A stretch of DNA of 64,000 nt from the human T2T-CHM13v2.0 reference genome, Homo sapiens, in assembly GCF_009914755.1 (NCBI RefSeq), contig NC_060936.1; one strand, written 5' to 3'. The notes beneath the pieces are model-generated. The model was not told the DNA's origin. It worked only from the letters and a program-made list of their open reading frames with translations, and searched no databases. A program made the position numbers and the translations under genes. How positions within the stretch are numbered: position 1 is the first letter of the stretch; every line of letters starts with the position of its first letter. Shown piece after piece: positions 12,751 to 26,780 of this stretch.

Positions 12751-13758
12751 ATAGATCTCTGAATTAACATTTTCTCTTCTCTAAATATTTATAATTTTTG
12801 AAAGACAAGAGTTTTGATTTCGGAGAAAATGCATTAGGTCTTGTCAAAATCCCAGAGCTGATGGTGAATGCGTTTCTAGAATAATGGCTCTGTAAAAGAA
12901 CATGCCTAGCAGCCACTGGGGTTTGAGAGTGCTAGTAACCCAGACCGAGGAGGAGGGCATCTCTCCAGAGTCATTCAAAGAGAGTGGGTAAAGCTAATCG
13001 TTTTTGCATGTAAATGGTGAGGATTCTGGGTGCATAATCTGTTTTGAGTTAGACCAAAAGAGATTTGCTCTCTGAGACATGTTTCAAGACAAAGTCTGAT
13101 ACTGTTTGGACAAATACCATCAAAGGCTAACCAGAAAAGATTACTGTTGTTTTATGGTGATATATGATAGAAAAAATTCCATAGTGTTCTTTTAAAAAAA
13201 TTAGATTTTAGCTGATGAGGTTTATGTTTACAGTAAAACCTCACAGAGCTCCAGGCTAGAAGAATCCTTGGCTTGTATCCTGAATGTCAGCAAGCTCCTG
13301 GCATTGCCATCTAAAGGTATGAAAAACACTTCTAACACATTTAGTTTGGCCTTTTTAACTCTTAAATTGGATGGACTCTGTGAACCTGTAACCGATTGCA
13401 CAGAGCATAGTTATCCAAATACCTGGGGACCTGATCCCGTGTGAAATGCAGATCTTGTTTACTTTAGCCTTCTACTTAAACCAAAACCAAATTGCAGTGT
13501 GTGAAAAAACCTTATATTTTTGTTTTTAATTTTTTTCAAGTCACTGTTGACTATTTCCCCCAGGATGTTATTTTGGTTCTCTTCTTGATGGTGACATTTT
13601 TACTAAAGCAATTCAATTTAAAAAATTATTCTTCACTAGGAGTTAGGCACCATGCTAGATACTAATTCAATGATGACTAAGACATGCCATGAAATTACCT
13701 GTAAGTTTCGGGAGGGAATGTGGATGTGTATACCTTCTTGGAAAACCATTAGGCAATG

Positions 13759-14360
13759 GTGGTCCACAATCTCTTAACTAGAATTCTGAAATCCAGAAAG
13801 CCCTAAGAACAGATTCGTTGGCAAAATGACGTGACATGATGGAAATATGGTTATTTATGCTCTTCCTTCAATTGTAGTGAATATTTGTACATTTTGCTGT
13901 ATTGATCTGTTTAATTACTAAGTGCTGCTCCCCACAAACACTGCTATAGGTGTTACATAAAAAATGACATATATCCTACATTATCTTTTCACATTTTTTT
14001 TTTGAGACAAGTTCTCACTCTATTGCCCATTCTGGAATGTAGTGGCACAATCATGGCTCACTGCAACCTTGACCTCCTGGGCTCAAACAATCCTCCTGCC
14101 TCAGGCTCCTGAGTAGCCAGGACTACAAGCACATGCTACCATGCCCAGCTAATTTTTAAATATTTTTGTAGAGATGGAACTCAAGATCAGCTTAGTCTCA
14201 AACTCTTGACCTCAATTAATTCTCCTGCCTAGGCCTCCCAAAGTGCTGTTATTATAGGCGTGAGTCACTGCACCCAGCCTGTCTTTTTAAAATCTGAAAA
14301 ATTCTGAATTCTGAAACACATCTGACTTTGAGAATTTTATATAAGGGAGCGTGGATCTAT
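13759..14360. mobile_element. MER46C-like Tigger element, split by an Alu
   Basis: Left end ggtccacaatctcttaactagaattctgaaatcc; right end aattctgaattctgaaacacatctg...ataagggagcgtggatct (inverted termini). Confidence 0.7.
13994..14279 (-). mobile_element. AluJ
   Basis: Antisense Alu with J-type aatcatggctcactgcaaccttgacctcctgggctcaa; highly diverged. Confidence 0.9.
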
Positions 14361-15574
14361 ATTTCCCTCTTTCAACATGGTTAAACCTTGTGATATGTGA
14401 AATCAGCTGTGTACATAAAACTATCTGCATCACCCCAAATCTTTTATTTCACAGACTGCTTTTAAAGAGTGAAGGTTCCTCAGACTTCCTACAGTTTTCT
14501 TGGTAATGCTATTTTAAAAAAAGCCTCATTATAATGTAAAAGTATTCTTTTTCAAGTGAACATCTCTATAGTGCAAGTTAAGTTTTTAAAAACTGTCTTC
14601 TCCCTCTGTGACTTGAATTTTGTACTTTTCTGCAGGTTGCTGTGGTCCTTCATGTAACACTAGCAAGCTGGAGGACTCATTTGAGAACTGTGATTTGAAA
14701 GGACTACTTTAGATGGCATATTAAATAGCACAAAAACAAAATTAAATATTGCCCCTCACTTTTGCATATGGCACAGAACCAAGACTCTCCTTCATTCTTA
14801 ACTGGGCCCTGAGTTAAATTAGTTCCTTATGTGCCAGGTTTTTTCTTTTTTTTAGTTTTGCAGTTCATTCTGTACAGCCACAGAAATAAATGAATAATAA
14901 AAGCCGAACTAAGTCTTACCAGAAAAACACAACAGGATTCAAAAAGGAGGTAATTAAATCTCTCAACTCTTATGAGGCAAACATTTAAAAACTATGAAGA
15001 TATTGGTCTCCCTTTTATATTTTGGCATACCTCATATTATCTGCATCAGTGAAGCTTCTTCACCAGATCTTAATCATTTGGCAAAACTACTTAGAGGCTC
15101 CGTTCAAGGACTCACTCATAGTTCTGAGCTCAAGCCACGGGAAGAATAATATCTGCTTCTCATTGAATTCAAGTTTATGATTTCCAAGACTGGACCTCCC
15201 TTAAAATAGCCATTTTGTATATGTGTGTATAGTGTTGAAGATAACATCACCAACTGAGCATTTGTTTACACTAAGAAAATGTATTCATAAAAAATAGAAG
15301 TTTAACAATATTGGGTACTATTATCAAGGATTAAAATACTAAAAACTAACCCTGAATTCATTACCTGATATGTGCTATTTATCTCCAAATTTAGTCATAT
15401 CCTCCTTTTATACAAATTATCTATTCCATACGATAGTCTTACCTTTGCTATTGTCCATCACGAGCCACTGGCTTAGGAATTTCCCATATTTTTCTGTAAT
15501 CCAATAATTAAAATATACCTGATATATATCAATATGTTTAGGGTTTGTATTGGCTACAGATTTGAGGAATAAGG

Positions 15575-15625
15575 GTGTGTGAGTGTATGCACGCATGTGT
15601 GTGTGTGTGTGTGTGCTGTGTATGC
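15575..15625. repeat. (TG)n microsatellite, imperfect
   Basis: Directly visible. Confidence 0.9.
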
Positions 15626-18128
15626 ACATTTGATTTCTCTTTTGCTTGCTGACCATCTGATATGAAGATCTACAGGTGAGGCAAAGGTTAGAAAGGATTA
15701 CAGTTCTTAAATAAGAGGGTTTTAGTTGTGAACATGATGTTTTGAGAGGTGATTTTCAGACTGTTTTCCACAGACCATAGCTCTTAAAGGTGTTTTGAGA
15801 GATCCGTTGACACTTGATTCCAATTTAATATTTTAACTGTATTAATTGCTAAGGCAAACATTCAAATGTGTTATATAATACATTTTAATACATTGTAGAC
15901 CACCAGCATATTGACTTTCGCTGCCAGGTTAATTCATTTTTGTGTAGGCCTTAATGCAAAAATTTTTCTTACCATCACTGGGACTGTATTTGAACTTGAA
16001 AACATAAGTCAATGATTAAGATGGTCTTAGCTCTGCGTTGGGTTTTCTTTTTTTGTAACTCACATCTGTGCATGTGTATACACACACACATATACAATAC
16101 AAGGTTGCACTCCTATTTGTCTGAGAGTTAGGATGTCCTATTTTCTAAACAACCTGGTAAATTATAAAAATAAACTGAATGCCAAGGTTGATGTGACTTC
16201 AACAGTCACCTAAATTACTGTCTGAAAGTTTTGTGTGTGTCAAACAGAATTTTCACATATTTTTTTACCTCGTCCACTTCCATGCTGTTTGAACGTTTGC
16301 AAGATATATATGCCTTATTATTGTCAAAAAGAAAAAAAATTAAAAATTGTACTTAACAGTCATGTTAATTTTAACTGATAAGTATTCAGACCATGGATAT
16401 AAATTGTTTTTTCATCTCTTACTACATTTGTGTACCTGGTAAGAAACTTAACATTACCTCTCATCTACCACTTCAGCAGTGAAGTTTGTAATAACGATCT
16501 CTCTGTTTGTTGCAGGGTTAATTGTAGAGACTGAGAACAATTCTTAATTTAACAATGATCTTCTTCAATATATGCTCTTTTAATTATAAATACTTTAAAA
16601 GTGTTAAAGTATATAAAATAGTTTAAAAGTATTAAAGTTACTTTTGAAAACAAATCAATTTAAAATGTATGAAGCTTTGTTGCTTGATACCAAGTAATGT
16701 GTTTCAAAAATTATATTACCTAGGGCTTCTACAGCTTTTATTCAAGTCACAGGAAGAAGAAACAAACAACCAAATAAACTTAGAGAAAAATCTGCTTCCC
16801 ATGGAATATACAACAGATATAAAAGGGTTAAGAGCTAGGTTCTACTGGAAATATGCTAAGATCAATTATATTTTACATTTTCACAACTTCTCTAAATTGA
16901 CTCTCCCAGTTTGCAGATGGCATTAAGCCGTCTCTGAGTAGTGAAATGTCAGGCTACGGGTGGAGATGGGGGGATGCACAATGTTATTGTGAGTGGGTGG
17001 AAAAGCACTTGGATGAGTTACAGAACAGAAGGTAACTGGTTGCAAGGGGGAAAACCGTGCACCATAGGATGCCCATGAAGCTGCCCCAGAGCAACCACTC
17101 ACAAAGCAGGAGTGAAAAGGGTAGCTCTAGTGGGAGAGTGCCCAATGAAAGGAGCTCTCAGTGCTGCTGACAATAAAATGATGAGCATTAACACGTTTCC
17201 TGGAATGTAACACTTAAGTCAGTTATTCAAAACCTGGTACATGAACACCTGGAGCACAGTTTGCAAAGCTAGCCATTTCAACAGGAAAAATAAACAAATC
17301 TGAGAAATTGGCAACCAAAGTGATCACATGCCTAAGGGGCTATTTATTTGAATATAAAATTGACAATGCACTTCCATTTTAAAAGGCATATGTACTTACA
17401 ATCATCATTAAGAGTTGTCGGGAGGCAAAATAATGATATAAACAGAATTTACTCCATCATGCTCTTCAGAAGATACTTAGCAGTGGCCAGCTCTGTGGCA
17501 AAACAAGGTAAATTAGACTAGCATCTGACCTTTCACAAAGCGATTGCATATCTATTATCTCATTTAGTTCTCAAAAGAGTTCATAGCAGTACATGTGGAG
17601 TGAGAGGAAAGATTGGCTGGCAATATATGAGTTATATTAGACGGTTCTGCATACTATACTCAGCCACTTGTATTCTCAAGCACCATTAATAAGGATGGCA
17701 TTCTGTGGGAAAATCGAGGCATTAGATATTTTTATAGATGGATCTATGAATTATTTTGGCAATTTTAAAGTGCTTTTAAAAAAATCTGTTTTCCCCCAAG
17801 TCCACATTATTGTGTGCTTCCTATAGTATTTTTAGTTTCTCAAATGCAAACATAAATTAACTTATGATAGACAATTACTTATTTTTGCAGCAACTTCTTT
17901 TTTCTAGATTGAAATTTGAATGTAGGGAACTTGTCATTTCTTCCAGTTTTACATTTAATAGATAAACTTTCCTATATCTAAGGTTTTCCATTTCTTTATA
18001 TTGTCAAATATCATTCAGAATGCCCAGTAATAAAATTTTGCATTGTATCAGTTAATTTTTATATTTTATTCCTTATAGTTCCAAGTGATGACATCTGAAA
18101 TGAAATTAAAACCAATTAACGTTGAAGT

Positions 18129-18143
18129 CATTGTGATGCAAAT
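18129..18143 (+). promoter_or_regulatory. Canonical SOX2-OCT4 composite motif CATTGTGATGCAAAT
   Basis: Exact match to CATTGT-N-ATGCAAAT in non-repeat sequence. Function is not shown. Confidence 0.45.
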
Positions 18144-19399
18144 CAGAACTTTCCATGATTGGACACATGACCCTAAATCTTGTTTATTTTAATCTAAATA
18201 ATTGTTGAATATTCTTTTTTTATTTTTTTACATCAGACTGATATAGTCCAAGTGGAACTAGCTGATCTCATTGAATAAAAACCTTTGAGTTTTATTTGAA
18301 ACTGAGATACTGTCAGAACAAAAAGAGGATATTTTCTGGCATAAAAAAACTGCAGAGATATTTTATTAGAATGCAGAAACATCTGGGGAGTTAACCATTG
18401 TACAGATAGGATTCACATATACCTTATTTTCTGTGGGCCTTCCTTCAAAGTTCTCTCAATTATCAGAATTGTACCAGAGTTGTACCAGAAATTCTTTGTT
18501 CTCCATGAGCTGAGACAGCAATTGCAACATAACTGCATCTTGATGGTAGTTAAAAATTTCCAGCACAAACACAAACACACAAACCAAGAAAAGCAACAAC
18601 AAAATCCAGACATAGAATGTCAAATGCAATGTTTTTATAAAAGAAATATACCCCTTACTTTTCTTCACTTATTTTTATCTCTGATTATTATGCCTATTTT
18701 CATAAATTTGACCCAATTTTTTACATTAAAAGCTCAACATGTTCCATTTACTATGCGAAGCCTTTCAGATTACCAGCAAAACCATGAGAAATAGATTTCA
18801 AACAGAAGAATGAAAAATTTATTATAAAGGTTAGAAAAAAATGAGACATGGAGTGCAGGCAACTGAACTGATATATTCTATACTGAGGATTTGGGAAGTG
18901 TTGCATTTGATATTTTGATGAGGAAGTGATCTGTAGAATTAGTTGGCTCCCTAATGTTTCCAGCTCACGTTAATCACATAAGGACAGAGACTGTTAAAGC
19001 GAACAAGCCAGTTTTGTGGTCGGGAGGGTATTTAATTCTTTTCATTCTTGAATTCAAGCACACAGCAATAAATAATGCACACACACTTCTGGACAAAGCA
19101 AAATTTAATTAGAAAAAAATAAATTTTGTGTCATTCCCTAAATGAAGAATAGTCTATGTAATGTAAATAGTATACATTATTAATTGCCCATGTGGGGATG
19201 AAATTAATTCCATTTGGAAAGTTATTTTTCCTCTTAAGTCAGCAGAAAGTATAATTATGCACATTTTGAATAAAGGTATATATTTTTTATTCATGTCCAT
19301 AGTGTGTTACAAATGATGAAATATTAACATATAAGGAAGAAGGATAACAGCATGGCAAAATAGATAAAAGTATTCAAAATGCCTTGAGTAAGCAACCAT

Positions 19400-20015
19400 T
19401 TATGAACAGTATGAATGTAGACCTTTATGCAGAGACTGAAGAAGTACCACAGAGGAGGCTGTAGCTGAACCTTGGTCATCAGTATGAATAACCTGGCTGA
19501 TGAAGTAAAAGGGTTGTTTCAGGCTTGAGGATAGAAATAGACAAAATATGGAGGGAGATGTGAATGAGAGATTTCACAGCACTAACTTGTTTATTTCCCA
19601 TTTTCTGAGCATGTCTTGCATTTTCTCACCTCTGCACCCTTACTGGACACAATTCTGTATGCCTCTGATGCTCGCCTATTGTCTCTTAGAGATTTCCCAT
19701 GTGGAAATTCTATGCAGACATTAAACTCAAGCTTAAATGCCGAATTCCCCACAGAGATTTTCTAATCCCTCAAGCTCTGACCCCTACCATCTCTAAACTC
19801 TTTCAACAGTTTATAAAACACCCCGTTAATTAGTCATTGCTCTACATTAAGAAAGACCTTTATATATATACATTAGCTCAGAGAATTTTTGCCAAAAGCT
19901 TTATAAGTCCATTATTCTCTTTTTAAATATGGTGAAATAGGCTTAGCAAAGTTAATAACCTGCTGAAAGTTGCATAGTTAGGAAGGGGAGGATTTGGATT
20001 CCAACCAAGCTCCAT
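19400..20015. mobile_element. L2 fragments (~19400-19810) and MIR (-, ~19870-20015)
   Basis: L2 motifs (tctcacctctgcacccttac, aaactcaagcttaaatgc) and MIR (gaaataggcttagcaaagttaataacctgctgaaagttgcatagtta...ggatttggattcca). Confidence 0.55.
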
Positions 20016-20299
20016 TTTATTTTATTTTATTTCATTTCCATTGAATTCTCTTTTAGGTAACAATTTTCCGTGAATTCTGTATTTCTTTACCAAGTAAAAC
20101 ACTTTAGGTTGTAAGCAATAGAAACCTTTCACAAACCAAATTAATCATTCATTAAGACATTTTAATAATAAAATGCAGTTATATCCCAGAGCTTAAGCAC
20201 AAGGAGGGCAATGGACCCTCACAAAGGAGTGGCATCAAAAGTTGACCAATCACAAGGTGGATTGAGAATTCTCCATCTGGGATTGGTTCCCTGCATTTC

Positions 20300-21186
20300 T
20301 TCTACCCCTGCCACGACGTGATATGAGTAGGATAGACCTTAATTCCAGGTTCAGGATGTATCCTGTTGGTCTAAGTCACCCAGGATGATCTCAATCCTAG
20401 GTATTAGACAATCAATGTTTGGCCTTCTCTGGCTACAGCAATGATACAGCAATGATTTTTTTTGTTGAACATGTGACCAAGTGGACCCAATCAAAATGGC
20501 ACCTGAAATTTTTTCTGATAGTTGAGAAAACAGAAGTTCTCTTCTTTTGATGGATGATTTCTGGATATAAGGCTTGGAATGATTGTCAGTTTACTACCAC
20601 GAGGAAAGCTGATCTGAGGTCAAAGCCAGTAAATGGAATAGGGTGGAGACTCACAGGTAAATAGAGCCAGGCCCAAATCAAACTATTCCTGAATTTTATG
20701 TGGTATGGTACATTATCACTCCAAAGTACTTACTGCTTATCCCACTAAGAATTATACTCACCCACCATTTTGACATCAGTCTTTGTCATGAAACCTGCTT
20801 TGGTCAATAATATGTGAATTGAAGAAAATGCATGTGACTTTTGAGAAGAAGCTTTAAAAGCCAATACATAATTCTACCATTGCCACCATACATTTCACTT
20901 TGTTTTATGCCACGAGATATCCTTGGTAGGGGCAGCTCCTTTAGCCTGAACCCCAGAATGAAGAAGACACATGGAAAAGAGCCCTGTACTGACATGTAAC
21001 ATGTAAGACAAAGAAATGTTTGTAGTAAACCACAACAATTTTGGATTTTTTTCTATAGGGTAGCCTAGTGAAAGCTGACTACTACTATCACCCCTGAACA
21101 TTACTGTTAAATAAGCCAGTGAATGTCCTTCATGGTCAAAACTGGTATGAGTTTTATGTCATTTTCTTTTGAAAATATCTTAGCAG
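20300..21186 (+). mobile_element. Old MaLR LTR (MLT1K/L-like), interrupted at ~20699-21083
   Basis: aacatgtgaccaagtggacccaatca...; resumes cccctgaacattactgttaaataagccagtgaatgtcctt. Confidence 0.55.
20699..21083 (+). mobile_element. MLT1I/J-like MaLR LTR nested in an older MLT1
   Basis: tgtggta...gtcatgaaacctgctttggtcaataatatgtga...agaagctttaaaagcca...tagcctagtgaaagctgactacta. Confidence 0.7.
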
Positions 21187-21564
21187 AAAAACCCATTTCA
21201 ATCAGTTAAATAATGTGATCAACCCTAAGCAGTATCAGGAAAGCCTTTTAACATGAAAACTTCCCAAAGATACATCATAATATAGTCTTTCATCTGTAAT
21301 GCCAGATATGTAATTAAGGGTGGTGATGGCTACAAGGATGGAAGTCACCATTTCTGTGGCCATCTCTGTGGACATCCAGACAATATGGAAGAAGCCTTCC
21401 CATTTCCCGCAATTATCTTAATGAAATGAGGTAAAATGAATTTAATATAATGCATAGAATTTTAGCATTGCTCTGTCAATAATTTTTTTCTCTCACGCAG
21501 AACGTTTTCCCTCATTAACAAATAAAATCAAAAGCTGAAGCAAATAAGTGAATCTCTTTGATGC

Positions 21565-21720
21565 TTATTTCAAAGCATTTCAGAAGAATTAATTACTGCA
21601 ACACTGAGAAATATTTAAGTGCTATTAGTTCTTTTCCATACATGGGAAAGTGGAAATGCTGACAGTTTAAATAGCTTTCCGGTAGACCACACAGCAAGTC
21701 ATTGGCAGAACTCAGCATTC
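21565..21720 (-). mobile_element. MIR fragment
   Basis: ttttccatacatgggaaagtggaaatgctgacagtttaaatagctttccggtagaccacacagcaagt. Confidence 0.55.
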
Positions 21721-23010
21721 CTAACCTCGTTGACCTCTGCAATCTCAGTGTGGTCTGTAACCTTTTTACATCAGAACATTCACAGGAAGTGGAGACTTTT
21801 TACCAAAACATTCTACCAACAGTAAAACACATAACTTATTTTAACACTTATTGCCATGTATAGCCTGTCTTGAGTCCATCCTTAGGACCAGCAAGATATT
21901 AATATTTGAATTAAGTTGCTGCAAGTCCTGCAAATCAGCCAATGTCTGTGCTAGAGGTCTGTGCTAGCATCAACATAAGCAGAAACATACATTGTTCAAG
22001 TGTCCTTTAGACACATCCTCTTCTCTAATCAACTGAATTGCCATAGTAGAGCTAGAGAATGAGGGTTAGAGAAACAGCAAAGACCTGCTGAGAATAACAA
22101 TCATTTTTCCTCAAAAGAATATGTTCCTTCTATCAAAATTACACTAACACTAATAACAAAATCGTCATACCTGTGAATATGACCTAAATTTTAACTTTTT
22201 TAATGATTATATCAGATATATTACACAATGTTCTAATAGGCCATGCAAATATTAGTGGTTTAGTTAATATGGAAAAAATGGAATCAGATTTAGTTATCAG
22301 GAAAAAAAACGAATTTAATAGAAATTCCAAGTGCCAGGGTTATACTAAAACTTGGAGTCTCTCATAGTGAGCTTTGAAGTGACCTTGCAAACTATACCAT
22401 TTCTTCTAGATGACACAGCAAAACATGACAATAGGAATTTAAAAATGCATATTATTTTTCTTCATTAACTTTTCCCAAGGTTATAAATATTCTGCATAAG
22501 CATATGTTTAATGCTTAAATTGTCAAAATGGTATATATGACAAAAGACTGTAAGTTATAGTATACTAAAATTTGAGATTTCAATTACAAAAGAAAAAACA
22601 TTTTTATTATTTTAATTCTAAAAATTATCTAAAAATTGCCAAAATTGTACTATTTCACCTACTTTTAATACACCAAAAAAGTACAAGTCTACTTATTTAA
22701 TTTAAGAAAAACAGAATTGGTCTAATCCTCACTCTTCCTGGGAAAACTAGCACTTTTTCTCAACTCTCATTAATTCTGTGGAACATCTCGTGTGAACATA
22801 TTTGTGTCTTGCATTATTTTTCCCATTGTGCTAATTTTACAATAACCTATGTTAGTTTTGCCAGCACTATTATAGGAGCCCTAATGTCACAAAATCAGAG
22901 AACCTACACATGTGGACAAAAATATAGAAGTCCAAACTCTTAAAGGCAGCAACCACGGTGAACTGGCAAAAACAGTATACCTATTAATCTAAAGAACAAC
23001 AACAGCTTAA

Positions 23011-23220
23011 GGTGGGCATGGTGGCTCATGCCTGTAATCCCAGCACTTTGAGAGACCGACAGGGGCGGATCACCTGAGGTCAAGAGTTCTTGAGACCAGC
23101 CTGGCCAACATGGTGAAACCCCATCTCTACTAAAAACACAGAAGTTAGCCGGGTGTGGTAGCCCGCACCTGTAATCCCAGCTACTTGGGAGGCTGAGGCG
23201 GGAGAATTGCAAAAAAAAAG
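23011..23220 (+). mobile_element. AluS lacking the distal right arm
   Basis: The Alu body stops at ...gggagaattgc and is followed by A9; 10-bp TSD aacagcttaa (23001-23010 and 23221-23230). Confidence 0.93.
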
Positions 23221-24072
23221 AACAGCTTAAATATCATTGCTCTTTTCTGATACTAGCTTCTGCTAATCCAAACTGGAATAGTTGACAGAAATAATTACAT
23301 TCTGCTATGTTATTAAATTTCAATTTTTATAATCAATTTTGAAACAATTATCATTCCTTTGTCCATTCAAATGTGCAAATATTTTATACCATGAAAAATT
23401 CTCAGTATGAATATAAGCTCGTCTTAGAAATGTCACTTTTAGAAGAGCTAGATATTACATAATACCTTACTCACTTCAACTAACTCATCCATTATTTATA
23501 ATCTTTTAAATAAAAATCCAAGCAAAGAGCTCTAGCCTTATGGAAGTGAGGGCTAGGTAACAAAGGTGAATTTTAGAGGAGGCAGGAGGCCTTCTGTCCC
23601 ATGGCTTTGTCAATAGATGCTTGAAGAATGTTTAGTGTTGTGAACATAGACTTTTGTTTACACATTCCGTGAACTATATGGAACTGGATAAATTATGAGA
23701 TGGGTTTATGGTATGAAGACAATGTTCTGACAGTAAGCCTGGGAGAAAAACACTGGCCTTTAAAATGAAAAAAAAATTATTGTGATAGTTACAAAACACA
23801 TCACCAAAATTCCATGTATATTTTGTCAAAATATCTTATCAGCTTTGATAATTGTGGATGCAGCTGCAGATATTGTTCTTTTAGCTCTTTTGAAATATTT
23901 AACACTGCAAAGAATAAAGGTTTCTAACATTCACCTTTCAGCCCAGCCCTGAAATGTTACTGTTTATATTTGAAAATAAAGATCATAACACGTTCTCTTG
24001 GAAAAAAAATCATGATGTGAAATTCAGTTTCAAAATAACATCCTGTGAATACTGAGCAATTTAAAGAGAGAG

Positions 24073-24077
<5 letters not shown>

Positions 24078-24108
<31 letters not shown>

Positions 24109-24132
24109 CACACACATACACATGCACACACA
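24078..24132. repeat. (CA)n microsatellite
   Basis: Directly visible. Confidence 0.95.
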
Positions 24133-24269
24133 AAATTTTATTAAAAGTACTAATTCTTCCAAAATCTGGTGGATATTATTTTTTACAGTATACATTTTAA
24201 AGAACTTCTCCACAATTCTCTAGGAGAGATGAAGGTAGATGAAGATGATATTGATATATCTTCTTCATG

Positions 24270-24845
24270 CATGCATTAATTTATGCATCAAACATGAATT
24301 TAGTGCATACTCTGTGTCAAATTCTGGGGATACAAAATGAAACCACACATAGTCCTGGCTTTTGAGATTTCATTTGGGAGAGACTGATAAGTCATTATGA
24401 AGAATATAGCATTATGCTATATTCTCAGGAGTTTCTAAAGATTGCTAAAGGGGACCAGAAGAAAAGCATCTTCATCAAATCTGAGTATTAGAGAATTATT
24501 CAAAGAAAAGTCATTTTATGCTGTTTTTTTCAAGGAGTTACCTGTATATATTAAAGAGACCCATGAGCGTTAGCAAGAGAGAAGTCCAGTCAGAGGGAAC
24601 AGCATGTGGAAGATGTGGAATAGCACAATATGACCAAGGAGGTTTAGAGTGATTGTGGCTAGTATAACTGGAGATTAAGCTGAAAGAGAGGCAGCAGCCC
24701 TTGCATGCAAAGCTAAAGAGACTGAGACTATGGAGAGGCACTCATAGTCTCTCAGCCCTGTGTTTAATATCAGATTTATGCTTTAGAAAGGTTGCTCTGG
24801 GAGAGGAATAGTAGACAGACCATTAGGTGACCAGCCAGCAGTCAT
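24270..24845 (-). mobile_element. L2 fragment
   Basis: tttagtgcatactctgtgtcaaattctggggatacaaaatga...cagagggaacagcatgtg...tcagatttatgctttagaaaggttgctctgg. Confidence 0.75.
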
Positions 24846-25644
24846 CTCTCTGTTTCTGTGATTTTCCTGTTATTAAGCAGCACACTCAGTTAATGACCCA
24901 ACCTACAAAAGACAGTTCTTTTTTATTTACTCAGTCTGCCTTCAGTGGCACATGTAGCCAACTCTGCATACAAAAGTGTCAAAGGCCTCATTCTTGAAAT
25001 CTCCTTCATTAACACCAATCTAGAAGGTTAATTTTAAAAAACCTGAGTTAAGGTATTGTGATCTCTAGGAGAGCTGTAAATGAGTTAATTATCATATTTC
25101 TGCTCTTGCTAGGCTTCAGAGATCAGAACTTGCAGGGAAGTTAATACGTAGTTCATTTTTTGGCTCACTGGAGTTGCAAAGGCATGAAGAGGGAGAGGTA
25201 GAAGAGAAGAGTAGGGAAAGAGGGGAGCTTAGTATCATGAAGTCTCCTAAGAAATGGGGAAAGAAAGAGAACTTGGCAGGGAAACTAGGAAGGGTGGGCC
25301 TGAAAGGAGAGCTGGGAAAAGCTCTCAAGGCATGCTGAGTGTCATGGTAGGAAGAGCTGAGAAATTCAAATTTTGATTTCTATTTGAGAGTTAATTTTGA
25401 TTTCTACCTTGGGCAAATTACTTATTTCCCTAATCTATTTGTTTCTGTACAAGAATGATACAGAAATTAGAGGATCTCTGAAATTCTTTCAAGTTTGAAA
25501 ATGCTAAAATCCAACTATTTCACAATTTTGCCCAGGGCTGCTCCTAGCACATATACCATGTTCTTGGTTCTTCCCTGACTCCCCAATTTCATTTATGCTC
25601 TTCTTCCTGAAAAGAACAGTAGCAGGTTAAAAAAATTAAACTCA

Positions 25645-26780
<1,136 letters not shown>

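Noticed and set aside
18413-18794. Overlapping ORFs, including Cys-rich MSGFCCCFSW... and a Gln/His-rich one
   Set aside because: The composition comes from a low-complexity CA/AAC-rich stretch. I recognise no domain, and the possible minus-strand donor is weak.
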